The notes under the pieces: generated by a model
What the model saw: only the letters and a program-made list of their open reading frames with translations
What the model was told of the DNA's origin: nothing
Databases searched by the model: none
Shown here: positions 11,268-20,920 of the stretch, in pieces
How the letters are laid out: every line of letters starts with the position of its first letter
Position numbering within the stretch: position 1 is the first letter of the stretch
From: Cocleimonas flava
GTDB lineage: Bacteria; Pseudomonadota; Gammaproteobacteria; Thiotrichales; Thiotrichaceae
Assembly (NCBI RefSeq): GCF_004339015.1
Contig: NZ_SMFQ01000002.1
Span: 309,351 to 373,350, forward strand
Direction: 5' to 3'
DNA length: 64,000 bases
Position numbers and translations under genes: made by a program

Positions 11268-11699
11268 TTAACGACAATAAGTCATCATGCTTGCATTGAA
11301 AGAACTGGCATATTCTCGAAGAGCAATTCGGTATTTAAGATGATTCTCGCCGTAAATTACGTCACCCATTCCATCCAGCTGTAACACTCTGCAATTTACC
11401 GAGACGGGTTGGGGCTCAAGTAATCCGGGAATTTTTCGCTCCCCTCCTCTACCAGAGTTATAAGCAAGCAAATAAATACTGTTATTTTTAACCGCTTTTG
11501 CAACTTCTTCTGCAGGATTCATTTTCTTTAAATCAGCATATTTCTTAGCATATTCTTCTTCTTTCTTTTTTTTGATATTTTCTATAGAAAAGCGTTTGCT
11601 AGGGTTTGAAGAAGCACTTTTTGAAGATGAGTCATTAGGAACAGCAACGCATGCCTGCATCAATAAACTGATTCCACTTATTAGTAACATCTTTTTCAT
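11268..11699 (-). CDS. Small secreted/lipoprotein-like hypothetical protein embedded in the protease array
   Basis: 143 aa. Signal peptide 'MKKMLLISGISLLMQAC', then a K/E-rich segment. No recognisable catalytic motif. Confidence 0.45.
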   Translation of the reverse strand: MKKMLLISGISLLMQACVAVPNDSSSKSASSNPSKRFSIENIKKKKEEEYAKKYADLKKMNPAEEVAKAVKNNSIYLLAYNSGRGGERKIPGLLEPQPVSVNCRVLQLDGMGDVIYGENHLKYRIALREYASSFNASMMTYCR

Positions 11700-11774
11700 T
11701 TGATCACCTCATTTCTGAATTTCAACGCTGGCGAGTGTCGCTAACAAACGTCATTAACAGCATACACAATAAAC

Positions 11775-13961
11775 TTAACTGATAGATTGTCTACTTAAGA
11801 GTCTACGCGTCAATAATGGCAACAAAAGGAGAGCCATGTATCCGAAAGAACCTCCACCTCCGCTGCTACTTGAACTGCTCAACGTAGAAGTGTCATCTTC
11901 ACCTGTACCTAGCGTATCAAGAATAGTTAGATTAGCTTGCGACACACTGAAGAACTGACTTGTTGCGCAAGAAACGATAAATCTCGCGTTAGTTAATGCG
12001 GGTGCATTTTCCGGTATCGTGATTGTTTCTGACCCATCATTAGCCGTTGTGGTGATATCTATCCCCGTTCCATCAAGGGTGATCAACCCGATATCAACAG
12101 ACGTACAAGATATAGGTGATGAATTAGTACCTGCCACATCCCAGCTAACGGTTGTCTGGTCTGTCTGGGCATAAGTTCTGGAAGAGGTGTGCGAAGTTAC
12201 TTCAAAGGTTGAGCCAGTATCATGTACAGTCATCGTTAGCGCATCATATTGAACGCCACCGTTTCCATCTCTTACCGTTACTCTTAGATCCATATCTCTA
12301 TTGGTTACGGGTAAATGCTCACCTACGGCAGCTTCGTTATTGAAGATATCGCTTAGCTGGGGAATAAAACGTAAATTAGAAGTCGTTAATGATCGGCTTC
12401 TAAACAAAGCATTGTCACCAGCGTCTACATCAACATCAGTAGCGGTACCAGAGTCTGCTTGCTCCCAAGAATAACTGAGCTGATCTCCATCCGAGTCAAA
12501 ACCATCTGCGATGAGAACGATTGGGGTTCTTGCTGGTACGGTAAAATCCTCTCCCGCACTAACGATCGGATTTTCATTGGTTACTGCAGTGCTACTGCCA
12601 CAACTATTTCCATCACCATTTCGACTAAAATCTATGATTTCCTCAATGCTTACAACATGAAACTGTGCATCGACTTCATTTTGTATGTTATTGGTACCAC
12701 ACAATCCTGCATAAGACATGATTGTTGACCCACTACCTGGCTCTACCGCTGTGCCTACCCCGCGTTCGCCACATTCACTGTTAAAAGTATGCTGAGCTCC
12801 CATTTGATGACCGATTTCATGAGCGACGTAATCCAGTGCAAAAGCATCACCAATCGGGTTCGTTGCACCCGTAGCGCCACCCGCTTTAAAAGTAGAGTTA
12901 CAGGTACTACCAACAAACGCCAAACCACCGACATTGCCGGAACCAAATACATGACCAATATCGTAATTTGCCGAACCTAGAACATTGGTATCATTCAAAT
13001 TTGCGATATTTTGTTCAAGCAAGGCATTGATGTCCGTATTCGAATAAGGATCATTTGATGAGTCTGTGTACATCAAATCAAGTTGCTCTGGCACGAGTTG
13101 AAAAGTGATGCTCGAATCTCGCTCGTAGATTTCATTGACTCTATTGATTGTTGTGATGACAGCACTTAACGCTGATGTTTTGGTGCCACCGTGATACTGC
13201 GTGTATTCACCGGTCGTAGCTACCGCTAAACGATAGGTAATTAAATTGAATGCAGGTCTGGCTAAGACCTCTTTTGCGCTCGACTGGAGCACATTGCCCT
13301 CTGAAAAGCTTTTCACAACACTATTATGATCAACACCGCATTTAAACTCGGTTTGAAAGTGGTCGTGGTTTTCTTGCTTGCTGAAACTTATGTATTTTGC
13401 CGAGCTGGAAGTGACTCTATCTGCATCTTTATTATCATCTGGTTCGATAAAAACCGAATCACCATTTGGCATCACCAACATCGCATGAAAACCCAAAGTA
13501 GTGCTGTCTATTCGACCCGATATCTTCTGATTAACACCAGAAACTTTCCATGTTTTCAGCCCAGGAAATTGCGCGGCAAGTTCTGGAGCAAGCACAGAAG
13601 TTTCTGTTGCAACGACCTCTACTTCAGTCCCGTCTGGTAAAGGCAAAACTAGCGAAAGTCCTGCTGCTGAGTTGTCTTGTTGATCATCAGCTGGCTTGGA
13701 TGAGGTGTTTTTTTGTAACAGCGATTTCCAGGCAAACTCATCAAGTTCGAGGCTACGGTATTTAAGCGATTCTAGCGACTGCGATTCTTCGCCTTGTGGT
13801 TTTGCTGACTGACTAAGTTGTGCCTGTGTTACAGAATCTGAAATAAAATCTGAATCTTTCCAGGGGGATGAAAATACGGAAGTGCTTAACAGCAATGAAG
13901 ATAAAACAGTGATGACCAAACCTGATCTAGAAATACGTTGAGACTTTATCCTCATTATCAT
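11775..13961 (-). CDS. Secreted metzincin-type zinc metalloprotease paralog with GlyGly-CTERM tail
   Basis: 728 aa. Signal peptide. 'VAHEIGHQMGAQHTFN'. C-terminus 'SSSSSSGGGGSFGYMALLLLPLLTRRLLSRQSIS'. Collinear with the other two proteases ('GFHAMLVM', 'YRLAVA', 'TINRVN', 'GSGSTIMSYAGLCG'). Confidence 0.85.
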   Translation of the reverse strand: MIMRIKSQRISRSGLVITVLSSLLLSTSVFSSPWKDSDFISDSVTQAQLSQSAKPQGEESQSLESLKYRSLELDEFAWKSLLQKNTSSKPADDQQDNSAAGLSLVLPLPDGTEVEVVATETSVLAPELAAQFPGLKTWKVSGVNQKISGRIDSTTLGFHAMLVMPNGDSVFIEPDDNKDADRVTSSSAKYISFSKQENHDHFQTEFKCGVDHNSVVKSFSEGNVLQSSAKEVLARPAFNLITYRLAVATTGEYTQYHGGTKTSALSAVITTINRVNEIYERDSSITFQLVPEQLDLMYTDSSNDPYSNTDINALLEQNIANLNDTNVLGSANYDIGHVFGSGNVGGLAFVGSTCNSTFKAGGATGATNPIGDAFALDYVAHEIGHQMGAQHTFNSECGERGVGTAVEPGSGSTIMSYAGLCGTNNIQNEVDAQFHVVSIEEIIDFSRNGDGNSCGSSTAVTNENPIVSAGEDFTVPARTPIVLIADGFDSDGDQLSYSWEQADSGTATDVDVDAGDNALFRSRSLTTSNLRFIPQLSDIFNNEAAVGEHLPVTNRDMDLRVTVRDGNGGVQYDALTMTVHDTGSTFEVTSHTSSRTYAQTDQTTVSWDVAGTNSSPISCTSVDIGLITLDGTGIDITTTANDGSETITIPENAPALTNARFIVSCATSQFFSVSQANLTILDTLGTGEDDTSTLSSSSSSGGGGSFGYMALLLLPLLTRRLLSRQSIS

Positions 13962-14162
13962 TACCCTTTATTATTTTATAAGCTAATTTCACATTTAAAC
14001 GTTTTCGTAACTATCAAACGATAGCTCTAGCTAACAACAGCACTAGCTAAGAATAGTGTAAGCACTATGCATTCTATAACATTTATTTTTATAAACACAT
14101 GAATACACTTTTAAATCAGCCAATTGTTTAAACCAACCCCTTAATACAATGCAACTAAGCCA

Positions 14163-14195
14163 TTAAAAAAAAGCCCCTGTAAGTAGGGGGGTGTC
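14163..14195 (-). repeat. REP-like element (inverted orientation: 'aagcccctgtaagtaggggggtgtca')
   Basis: Reverse complement of the REP core. Intergenic between protease genes 2 and 3. Confidence 0.65.
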
Positions 14196-14254
14196 ATTTT
14201 TAATCTGCTTTAATCAGCTCAATTCTACAGAGCTTCTAGACTAATTCGACAGCA

Positions 14255-16528
14255 TTATTGTAATAAGTTCAAACGCCTTTTCATTAACAATACGCAACTT
14301 AAGAGTAAAAACCAGTAATTTATTAGTCCACCACCAGATGAACCCTGGCTTGTGCTAGTGCTGTCATTTGAAGATACTGCACTTACTTCATTGTTTGTAA
14401 CTACTGCGTTTAAATCAGTATCTTTCAGATTTGCTTCTGACTGATCTTCGTCAGCGTGTTTAAAGGTAACCTGCGTTGTTTTATCAGTAAGCACAAAGTT
14501 TCGCTGGGACACAGCAAAAAAAACGTTATCACTACACTTTAATTTAAACCTGGATTCATTCGTTTTCTGCACGGTTGCAGGAATCAGCACCCATGCATCA
14601 CCCTTATTTGGTAGATTTTTTTCAATAACTGTCGGAAAGGTCTGACCACCATTAGTCGATAAATACAGATCTACATTTTGACAGCTAACGGGTGACTTAT
14701 CGGTAGCCGCGACATTCCAGAAAATCTGGTAAGACTCGCCAAGCGTGTATTGAGACTTTGGCAGGTTTAAAGCAAATCGACTGCCTGTTCTGGCCACATT
14801 GATTTTCATTTCATCACTTTGTGCAACATTCATCCCATCCTGCGCAACAAAACTAAAATTCATCACTCGCTCATGCTCTGGAAGCTTTTCTCCTCGGCTG
14901 GTGCTGTTGCTTAGAATATCCTGCAATTGAGGGAACACTCTGACGCTACTAATATTCGGAACATTAACTCGAAATAATGCATTGTCACCCTTATCGTCAT
15001 ACTCAAGTGATGTTTCACCGGAATCTATTTGCTCCCAGGCATAGATAAGAGGATCTCCATCAACATCCTGAGCAGTACCTTTTAATTCAAAAGGGGTGCG
15101 AGATGGAATGGTAAAATCATTACCCGCATCCGCTATTGGTGGCTTGTTATCAAACGAACGCTGAGTCCCACACACATTACCTCGACCATTACTGGTGAAA
15201 TCTGAAATCTGTTCGATGCTTCCGATGTGGTACATCGCATCAGCATTTGATTGTAAATTATCTAAACCACAATACCCTGCGTAGGACATTATTGAAGAGC
15301 CGCTACCTGGCTCAAATGCTGTTTGCGCTGATCGCGTATTTCCAGAGCATAATCCTTGCGAACTATTAAACGTATGCGTTGCGCCAAGCTGATGTCCAAT
15401 TTCATGCGCCACGAAATCCAGATCAAAACTATCGTTTATAGGGTTGCTTGTGCCCGATACTCCCTGAGCTTTTCGATATTGATTACAAATACTGGCAACG
15501 GCAGCGATTCCACCACCACTACCCGCGAATAAATGCCCAATATCGTAATTATCTGTGCCAATCACGGAATCAATATATTCCTGATTCTGACTCAGCAGAT
15601 CTGAGATATCATCTTTCGTAAAGGGGTCTGAATTTGCATCGGTATTAATAAGCAAATCATTATTCTCTACCAGATCAAGATGGATACCCAAATCACGTTC
15701 CAGTATTTGGTTGACTCTGCTTAGAGTTGTTGTAATCGCAGACATCACACCTGTCACGGTGCCACCATGCTTTGCTGCATATTCACCGGTAGTGGCAATA
15801 GCGATTCGATAATGCAATAAGCTTTCTGTAGTCCTTCCTGCGATTGCACGGGACGCGATACCATGGGAGATGTTTTCTCTTCCCGAAAACTTTTGCATTA
15901 ATCTATTTTGTTGCTCGGTAACGCCACAAGAAAAAGATCGATCAGACGTCTGCTTTTGTGCGCTTTTCTTATAACTAATGTATTTCTCTGCCGCAAAATC
16001 TACCGGATCAATAAATATAATTTCACCATCGAGCATTTGTAGCATTGCGTGAAAGCCAGATGAAGTAAGATCAACTTTTCCCGAGAAAACGTTATCGTTT
16101 GCGATGACCTTGAAAGTTTGAATTTCAGGATACTTTTCGGCGAGGCTAGTTGTTAATACTTGATCTTCGATTAAATCAAGGTCGATGATTGAACCATCAG
16201 GTAAAGGAATGGATATTTGGCTGATATTAGATTCAGTGTTCTCTGCTGAAGGTTTCGCAGATTTCTTGCTACCAAGAATCGATCGCATTTTTTCTGTGTT
16301 CAAAACCAGACTTAGACCGTTCTCATAGTGTTTTGAATCCGAATGAGTCTCTGTAACTTTTTCTGCTGCGTCATTATCTATAGAAACTATTTTATTCGAA
16401 GAGTCTGTAATTTGGTCAACTGACCACAAGCCTAAAACATCCATGCTTTCTGCAGTAGCCGAAGATTGCACCACTAAGAAAGACAGTAAAAAACTCAGTA
16501 AAAACCCAAAGTGCATCCTGCTCTTCAT
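14255..16528 (-). CDS. Secreted metzincin-type zinc metalloprotease paralog with GlyGly-CTERM tail
   Basis: 757 aa. Signal peptide 'MKSRMHFGFLLSFLLSFLVVQSSA'. 'VAHEIGHQLGATHTFN'. C-terminus 'SQGSSGGGLINYWFLLLSCVLLMKRRLNLLQ'. Confidence 0.85.
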   Translation of the reverse strand: MKSRMHFGFLLSFLLSFLVVQSSATAESMDVLGLWSVDQITDSSNKIVSIDNDAAEKVTETHSDSKHYENGLSLVLNTEKMRSILGSKKSAKPSAENTESNISQISIPLPDGSIIDLDLIEDQVLTTSLAEKYPEIQTFKVIANDNVFSGKVDLTSSGFHAMLQMLDGEIIFIDPVDFAAEKYISYKKSAQKQTSDRSFSCGVTEQQNRLMQKFSGRENISHGIASRAIAGRTTESLLHYRIAIATTGEYAAKHGGTVTGVMSAITTTLSRVNQILERDLGIHLDLVENNDLLINTDANSDPFTKDDISDLLSQNQEYIDSVIGTDNYDIGHLFAGSGGGIAAVASICNQYRKAQGVSGTSNPINDSFDLDFVAHEIGHQLGATHTFNSSQGLCSGNTRSAQTAFEPGSGSSIMSYAGYCGLDNLQSNADAMYHIGSIEQISDFTSNGRGNVCGTQRSFDNKPPIADAGNDFTIPSRTPFELKGTAQDVDGDPLIYAWEQIDSGETSLEYDDKGDNALFRVNVPNISSVRVFPQLQDILSNSTSRGEKLPEHERVMNFSFVAQDGMNVAQSDEMKINVARTGSRFALNLPKSQYTLGESYQIFWNVAATDKSPVSCQNVDLYLSTNGGQTFPTVIEKNLPNKGDAWVLIPATVQKTNESRFKLKCSDNVFFAVSQRNFVLTDKTTQVTFKHADEDQSEANLKDTDLNAVVTNNEVSAVSSNDSTSTSQGSSGGGLINYWFLLLSCVLLMKRRLNLLQ

Positions 16529-16754
16529 ACTTCACTTCCATCATTCCTTGATCGATGGTGACAGTGTATCCAGAAGGTTCATTGATTGAATTCTGAATGG
16601 AGTCAGTAGTAGTAATTTTAAGACAACAACACTAGATCAGGCGTTAGTCCTGTAATCTCAACCTTTAGTCATTCGTTAAATGAGCTTTATTTGGTTTTAA
16701 TGTGTGTTGCTTAGTTATAATTAAGGCTGAACAATCAAGAATAGTAGGTTAGAC

Positions 16755-17318
16755 GTGTGGCATTCACCTTATAAGTTATACCTTTATCCAGAAACCATAA
16801 AACAGAGCACAGATGAGAATGAAAAAGCTATCGGAGACTTTTCAAGCATTTCGAAAACACTAAAGGAACTGGATTTTATTGGGACAAAACAAGGAGAGAG
16901 AAGATATACAACCGGAAAAAACTTTGTTTCTCTGCTGACCTTTATGGGATGCTCTCCCAATATCGAGTTAGAACCACAAGAGAATAAACCATACTGCTAC
17001 ATCGAAATCATTATCGAAAAAGAAGCGAAATTCTTTTCAGGTATAAATATCAAAGCGGCTACCTGCCCGGAATGCAAGGCTAAAATCACCGATATTGCTA
17101 ACCCTGCCGTTGAAAATTCGGTTTGTACTAATTGTAAAAAAACGTTTAAAACAAATAGATTAAACTGGCGAAAGACTGCTTTTATCGCGCAATATTGCAT
17201 AGTCATTGGCAATATTTACGAATCAGAAGCGATTCCAAATGATCAACTCCTGGATGCTTTAAAAGCGACAAGCCTAACCGAGTGGAGATATGCCTACATT
17301 AGAGAAGATGGAAATTAA
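16755..17318 (+). CDS. Hypothetical protein with CxxC...CxxC zinc-ribbon-like motif
   Basis: 187 aa. 'CPECKAKI...(14 aa)...CTNCKK'. No other recognisable domain. Confidence 0.4.
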   Translation: MWHSPYKLYLYPETIKQSTDENEKAIGDFSSISKTLKELDFIGTKQGERRYTTGKNFVSLLTFMGCSPNIELEPQENKPYCYIEIIIEKEAKFFSGINIKAATCPECKAKITDIANPAVENSVCTNCKKTFKTNRLNWRKTAFIAQYCIVIGNIYESEAIPNDQLLDALKATSLTEWRYAYIREDGN

Positions 17319-17351
17319 TACGCTTGTAAAAACAAGGTTTAAAACTATTCC

Positions 17352-17786
17352 TTATTTGGTCTTATTTTTAGCCTGATATTGAGAGTTTTTTGGAATCACC
17401 CATCGCACTCCGCCTTTTGGATTCTCTACATCCCCGGTATAACGGGGAATAATATGAATATGCAGATGGAAAACACTCTGGCCCGCAGCAAGTTCGTTGT
17501 TACAACCGATATTGTAACCATCGGGCGAACCCGAGTTATCAATGTTTTGCGCTTCGGCGTACTGCTTACCTTTAAGAATTAATTCTCGAAAATCTCTATT
17601 TTCTTCTTCCGTGCATTCAAAGTACGTTTTGATATGACGCTTGGGTATAACCAAACAATGACCCACACTTACAGGATAGGTATCTGTAATTAATAAGGCG
17701 TGTTCATTTTCAGCAATAATTTCCTCAGCTTTGGGGTGACAAAACAGACAGGGATTATTGGGGTCAAAAGCATTTTCTTCAGTCAT
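17352..17786 (-). CDS. HIT-family (histidine triad) nucleotide hydrolase/transferase
   Basis: 144 aa. Canonical 'HLHIHIIPR' HxHxHxx motif. N-terminal 'CLFCHP' zinc-binding like branch-2 HIT proteins. Confidence 0.8.
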   Translation of the reverse strand: MTEENAFDPNNPCLFCHPKAEEIIAENEHALLITDTYPVSVGHCLVIPKRHIKTYFECTEEENRDFRELILKGKQYAEAQNIDNSGSPDGYNIGCNNELAAGQSVFHLHIHIIPRYTGDVENPKGGVRWVIPKNSQYQAKNKTK

Positions 17787-17804
17787 TAGCTTACTCGATC
17801 GATC

Positions 17805-18254
17805 TTATTTATCTTTATCCAACATAGAGACATCCACCACATTCATCAATCCGACATGGCGAATTTCATCGCCTGTCATTACTCTTTCTTGAATCACTCT
17901 CCAGACACCATCTTCCTCAAGCTCTAACAGAATTTCGACACCGTGTGTTTTTTTCGAACCATCATTAACGAATATTGTTTCAAGGGTTTTAAACATGATT
18001 TGAGTGTCGTTATGTGCCGACATTTTTAAGCCTTCATAACTCACACCTTGCAAGGTACCGTCTTTGAAATCTTTTTCCGCAGCTCGGGCCCAGTCATCAT
18101 AGCTAATACTTTCAAATCCAGGAACACCGGTCACGCGGACCTTTTTAGAGATAAGATTAAAATGCGCATCAAAATCATTATTGCTCGCGGTCAATGCAGA
18201 AGCATCCATCCATTTTTGCGCAATTTCTTGATGTTTTTTAATAGCTTCCGACAT
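17805..18254 (-). CDS. Hypothetical protein (NTF2/SnoaL-like fold suspected)
   Basis: 149-aa acidic cytoplasmic ORF with good coding appearance. Assignment is by general resemblance only. Confidence 0.4.
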   Translation of the reverse strand: MSEAIKKHQEIAQKWMDASALTASNNDFDAHFNLISKKVRVTGVPGFESISYDDWARAAEKDFKDGTLQGVSYEGLKMSAHNDTQIMFKTLETIFVNDGSKKTHGVEILLELEEDGVWRVIQERVMTGDEIRHVGLMNVVDVSMLDKDK

Positions 18255-18372
18255 AATTTAACCCGACTAATTTGAAAAATGCATTTGTTTGAACAGAATA
18301 AGGGAGCTTATTTTAACGATATAGAATCAAATTCTACAATAGTGATTGGTGGGCATTTAAACAAAGACTTAG

Positions 18373-18400
18373 GCACCCCCCTACTTTGGGGCACTTTTTT
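18373..18400 (+). repeat. REP-like element ('gcaccccctactttggggcactttttt'), near-consensus copy
   Basis: Located 11 nt downstream of the hflX stop on the opposite strand. Confidence 0.7.
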
Positions 18401-18410
18401 GAAGAGATTA

Positions 18411-19733
18411 TTATTGCACTTGCTCTAGTGTCAATTCTTCTTTGCCTAGCATCGTATCAAACCTTCTTTGCTGGATCACAACATCAAGCAGGTATTCGCC
18501 TTTATCAGATATCGATTCACTCACAACCGCCTCATCCTCATACAACTGAGCACGTAAACGCGCCAGAGCAGGATGTAAACGTAGCTTGCCCCTGAAGGTA
18601 TTCTTAGCGAATATGGCTGCTATTGTCTCACTTAGTGCTTCCAGTCCTTCGCCCGTCAGTGACGACAACCAGACCCTTGCAGGCAAGCCATTATGACCTT
18701 CTTCAACATGGGGTTCTTGTTCAGTCAGATCGATTTTATTCATAACCTCGACCTGTTGCACATCTTCAGCACCAAGTTCCTGAATCACGTTATTCACTTG
18801 CTCACGGAAGAAATCACGATTTTCGTCGCTGCTATCGATGACATGCAAAATCAAATCTGCTTCGATCGTTTCTTGAAGTGTCGCCCTGAAGGCTGCAACC
18901 AAATCATGCGGAAGATCACGAATGAAGCCTACCGTGTCGGCTAAAACAATCGATTGCTGATCGGGTAAATTTACTCTGCGTAAGGTGGGGTCTAAAGTCG
19001 CAAACAGCTGATCTGCCGCATAAACTCCAGAACCAGTAATTTTATTGAATAAAGTTGATTTACCCGCATTGGTATAGCCGACTAATGAAACCGTTGGTAT
19101 TTCGGTTTTCTGCCTGAGTTGTCGACCTTGTTCGCGCTGTTTATTCACTTTATCCAAACGCTTATTGATCTGTTTGATACGAATACTCAGCAAGCGACGG
19201 TCAGTTTCTAACTGGGTTTCACCCGGGCCACGCATACCGATACCACCTTTTTGTCTCTCAAGGTGAGTCCAGCCGCGAACTAGTCGCGTCGACATGTGTT
19301 TTAACTGCGCCAGTTCAACCTGCAATTTACCTTCGTGTGATTGAGCACGTTGCGCAAATATATCGAGTATCAATGCGGTACGATCAAGCACCCGACATTC
19401 GAACAGGCGTTCCAGGTTACGTTCTTGCGCGGGAGAAAGAGAGTGGTCAAAAATAACGACATCCGCATCGTGCTGTTTAACGGCGGTTTTAATTTCGTCT
19501 GCTTTACCCGTACCCACAAAATAACGTGAATCAGGCGATGCGCGTGATCCAGTGATTAGCGTGGAAGTAATTGCTCCGGCAGAACGAACCAGTTCTTTGA
19601 ACTCGTGTTCGTCTTGAGTTGAGCTTGCACCTGAAGAATGCTGGGAACGATTATTTGATCCAAAGTTAATCTGTACCAATATGGCACTCTCAATCAGAGC
19701 TTCACCCTGACTGAGCTTATCAAATAATTCCAA
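18411..19733 (-). CDS. hflX: GTPase HflX
   Basis: 440 aa. G1 'GYTNAGKST', G3 'DTVGF'. HflX-type N-terminal domain. Immediately downstream of hfq as in the canonical locus. Confidence 0.9.
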   Translation of the reverse strand: MELFDKLSQGEALIESAILVQINFGSNNRSQHSSGASSTQDEHEFKELVRSAGAITSTLITGSRASPDSRYFVGTGKADEIKTAVKQHDADVVIFDHSLSPAQERNLERLFECRVLDRTALILDIFAQRAQSHEGKLQVELAQLKHMSTRLVRGWTHLERQKGGIGMRGPGETQLETDRRLLSIRIKQINKRLDKVNKQREQGRQLRQKTEIPTVSLVGYTNAGKSTLFNKITGSGVYAADQLFATLDPTLRRVNLPDQQSIVLADTVGFIRDLPHDLVAAFRATLQETIEADLILHVIDSSDENRDFFREQVNNVIQELGAEDVQQVEVMNKIDLTEQEPHVEEGHNGLPARVWLSSLTGEGLEALSETIAAIFAKNTFRGKLRLHPALARLRAQLYEDEAVVSESISDKGEYLLDVVIQQRRFDTMLGKEELTLEQVQ

Positions 19734-19777
19734 CTTAATGCCCCCCTAAGATACTAGGGAAACAGAATTGTGTAATT

Positions 19778-20008
19778 TTATTCTTCGTCTTCAACCGTTA
19801 ACTTAATAGGTCTAGAAGGCACGATTGTAGATACAGCGTGTTTGTACACAAGCTGGCTTACAGTACTGCCTAGTAATATAACAAATTGATCAAACGACTC
19901 TACGTGACCTTGTAATTTAATTCCATTTACAAGATAAATCGCAACGGGGATGCGCTCTTTTCTTAAAGCATTTAGGAAGGGTTCTTGTAGCATATGCCCT
20001 TTTGACAT
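19778..20008 (-). CDS. hfq: RNA chaperone Hfq
   Basis: 76 aa. '[40 protein letters not shown]...[13 protein letters not shown]' covers the Sm1/Sm2 motifs and is near-identical to enterobacterial Hfq. The C-terminal tail is short. Confidence 0.95.
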   Translation of the reverse strand: MSKGHMLQEPFLNALRKERIPVAIYLVNGIKLQGHVESFDQFVILLGSTVSQLVYKHAVSTIVPSRPIKLTVEDEE

Positions 20009-20329
20009 GGGTAACTCCTGATTTCTTATTAGGTTATGTTATTAATATTTTATTGTTTGCTGCTCAATATATAGCTTTTTATATTTAGCTTTAGAATACT
20101 CAAATTGTCGTTCTGTCTCTTTTTAAAGTACCTAAATCCGTTATTTTCAAAGTTTGGGGGTAACAGCACTCTGCATCCTTACAGATTCAAGCATAATAAC
20201 AGGTTTAGATAAAAAGTAAAAAATCAATACCTATTTTTGATCATTTAACGACAGATGGCTCAAGTTGCTCGCTTGCAAGCCCGTGAAATTCGGAATAATA
20301 TGAAATAAACCCGCTACCGGAGACACTTT

Positions 20330-20890
20330 ATGAACTCCCTCAAAACGCTTATAGCCCTAGTGTTTATCACTATTTTACCAATCTCTACGTTTGCTGATGA
20401 CACTTCGCAGGGCAGTCAAACAGAAATAAGAGATTACAGTACTTTTTTTGACGAAAGTCTTGGCGATATGCAGGAAGAAAAAGAAATTGCTGCCGAGGAA
20501 GGGAAAAAAGGGATTTTATTGATGTTCGAAATGGATGAATGTCCGTTTTGTGCGCGTATGAAAAAAACGGTATTGAATCGGAGCAAAGTACAAGACTATT
20601 ATCGTAAGCATTTTCGAATCATAACGGTAGATATCGAGGGCGATTTAGAACTTACCGATTTTGCTGGCAAAGACACCACGCAAAAGGTCTTTTCATTAGA
20701 ACAGTTTAGGGTAAGAGCCACACCCGTCTTTCAGTTTTTAGATTTAGAAGGCAAGCCAATCAAAAATGGCCGTCTAACGGGCGCATCAAAAGACGCTGAT
20801 GAATTTATGATGCTAGGAAAATACATCGTTGAAGGTGCAAACGAAGAAATGCCTTTTATCCGTTACAAGCGCAAACAAAAGAAAGGATAA
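20330..20890 (+). CDS. Periplasmic thioredoxin-fold protein (CPFC active site)
   Basis: 186 aa. Signal peptide 'LIALVFITILPISTFA'. 'DECPFCARM' CxxC motif. Downstream 'TPVFQF' resembles a cis-Pro loop. Confidence 0.55.
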   Translation: MNSLKTLIALVFITILPISTFADDTSQGSQTEIRDYSTFFDESLGDMQEEKEIAAEEGKKGILLMFEMDECPFCARMKKTVLNRSKVQDYYRKHFRIITVDIEGDLELTDFAGKDTTQKVFSLEQFRVRATPVFQFLDLEGKPIKNGRLTGASKDADEFMMLGKYIVEGANEEMPFIRYKRKQKKG

Positions 20891-20920
20891 CGTTGAACCT
20901 GAATTTTACCTATTACATGA

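Noticed and set aside
11268-11699. Protease inhibitor/chaperone role for the small ORF nested in the protease array
   Set aside because: This is speculation from position only. The sequence shows no recognisable inhibitor (for example I38) motifs, so it is left as hypothetical.
18386-18595. 69-aa ORF overlapping the REP element and the hflX 3' end
   Set aside because: It starts inside a REP element and runs antisense to the hflX C-terminus. It is not plausible as a gene.
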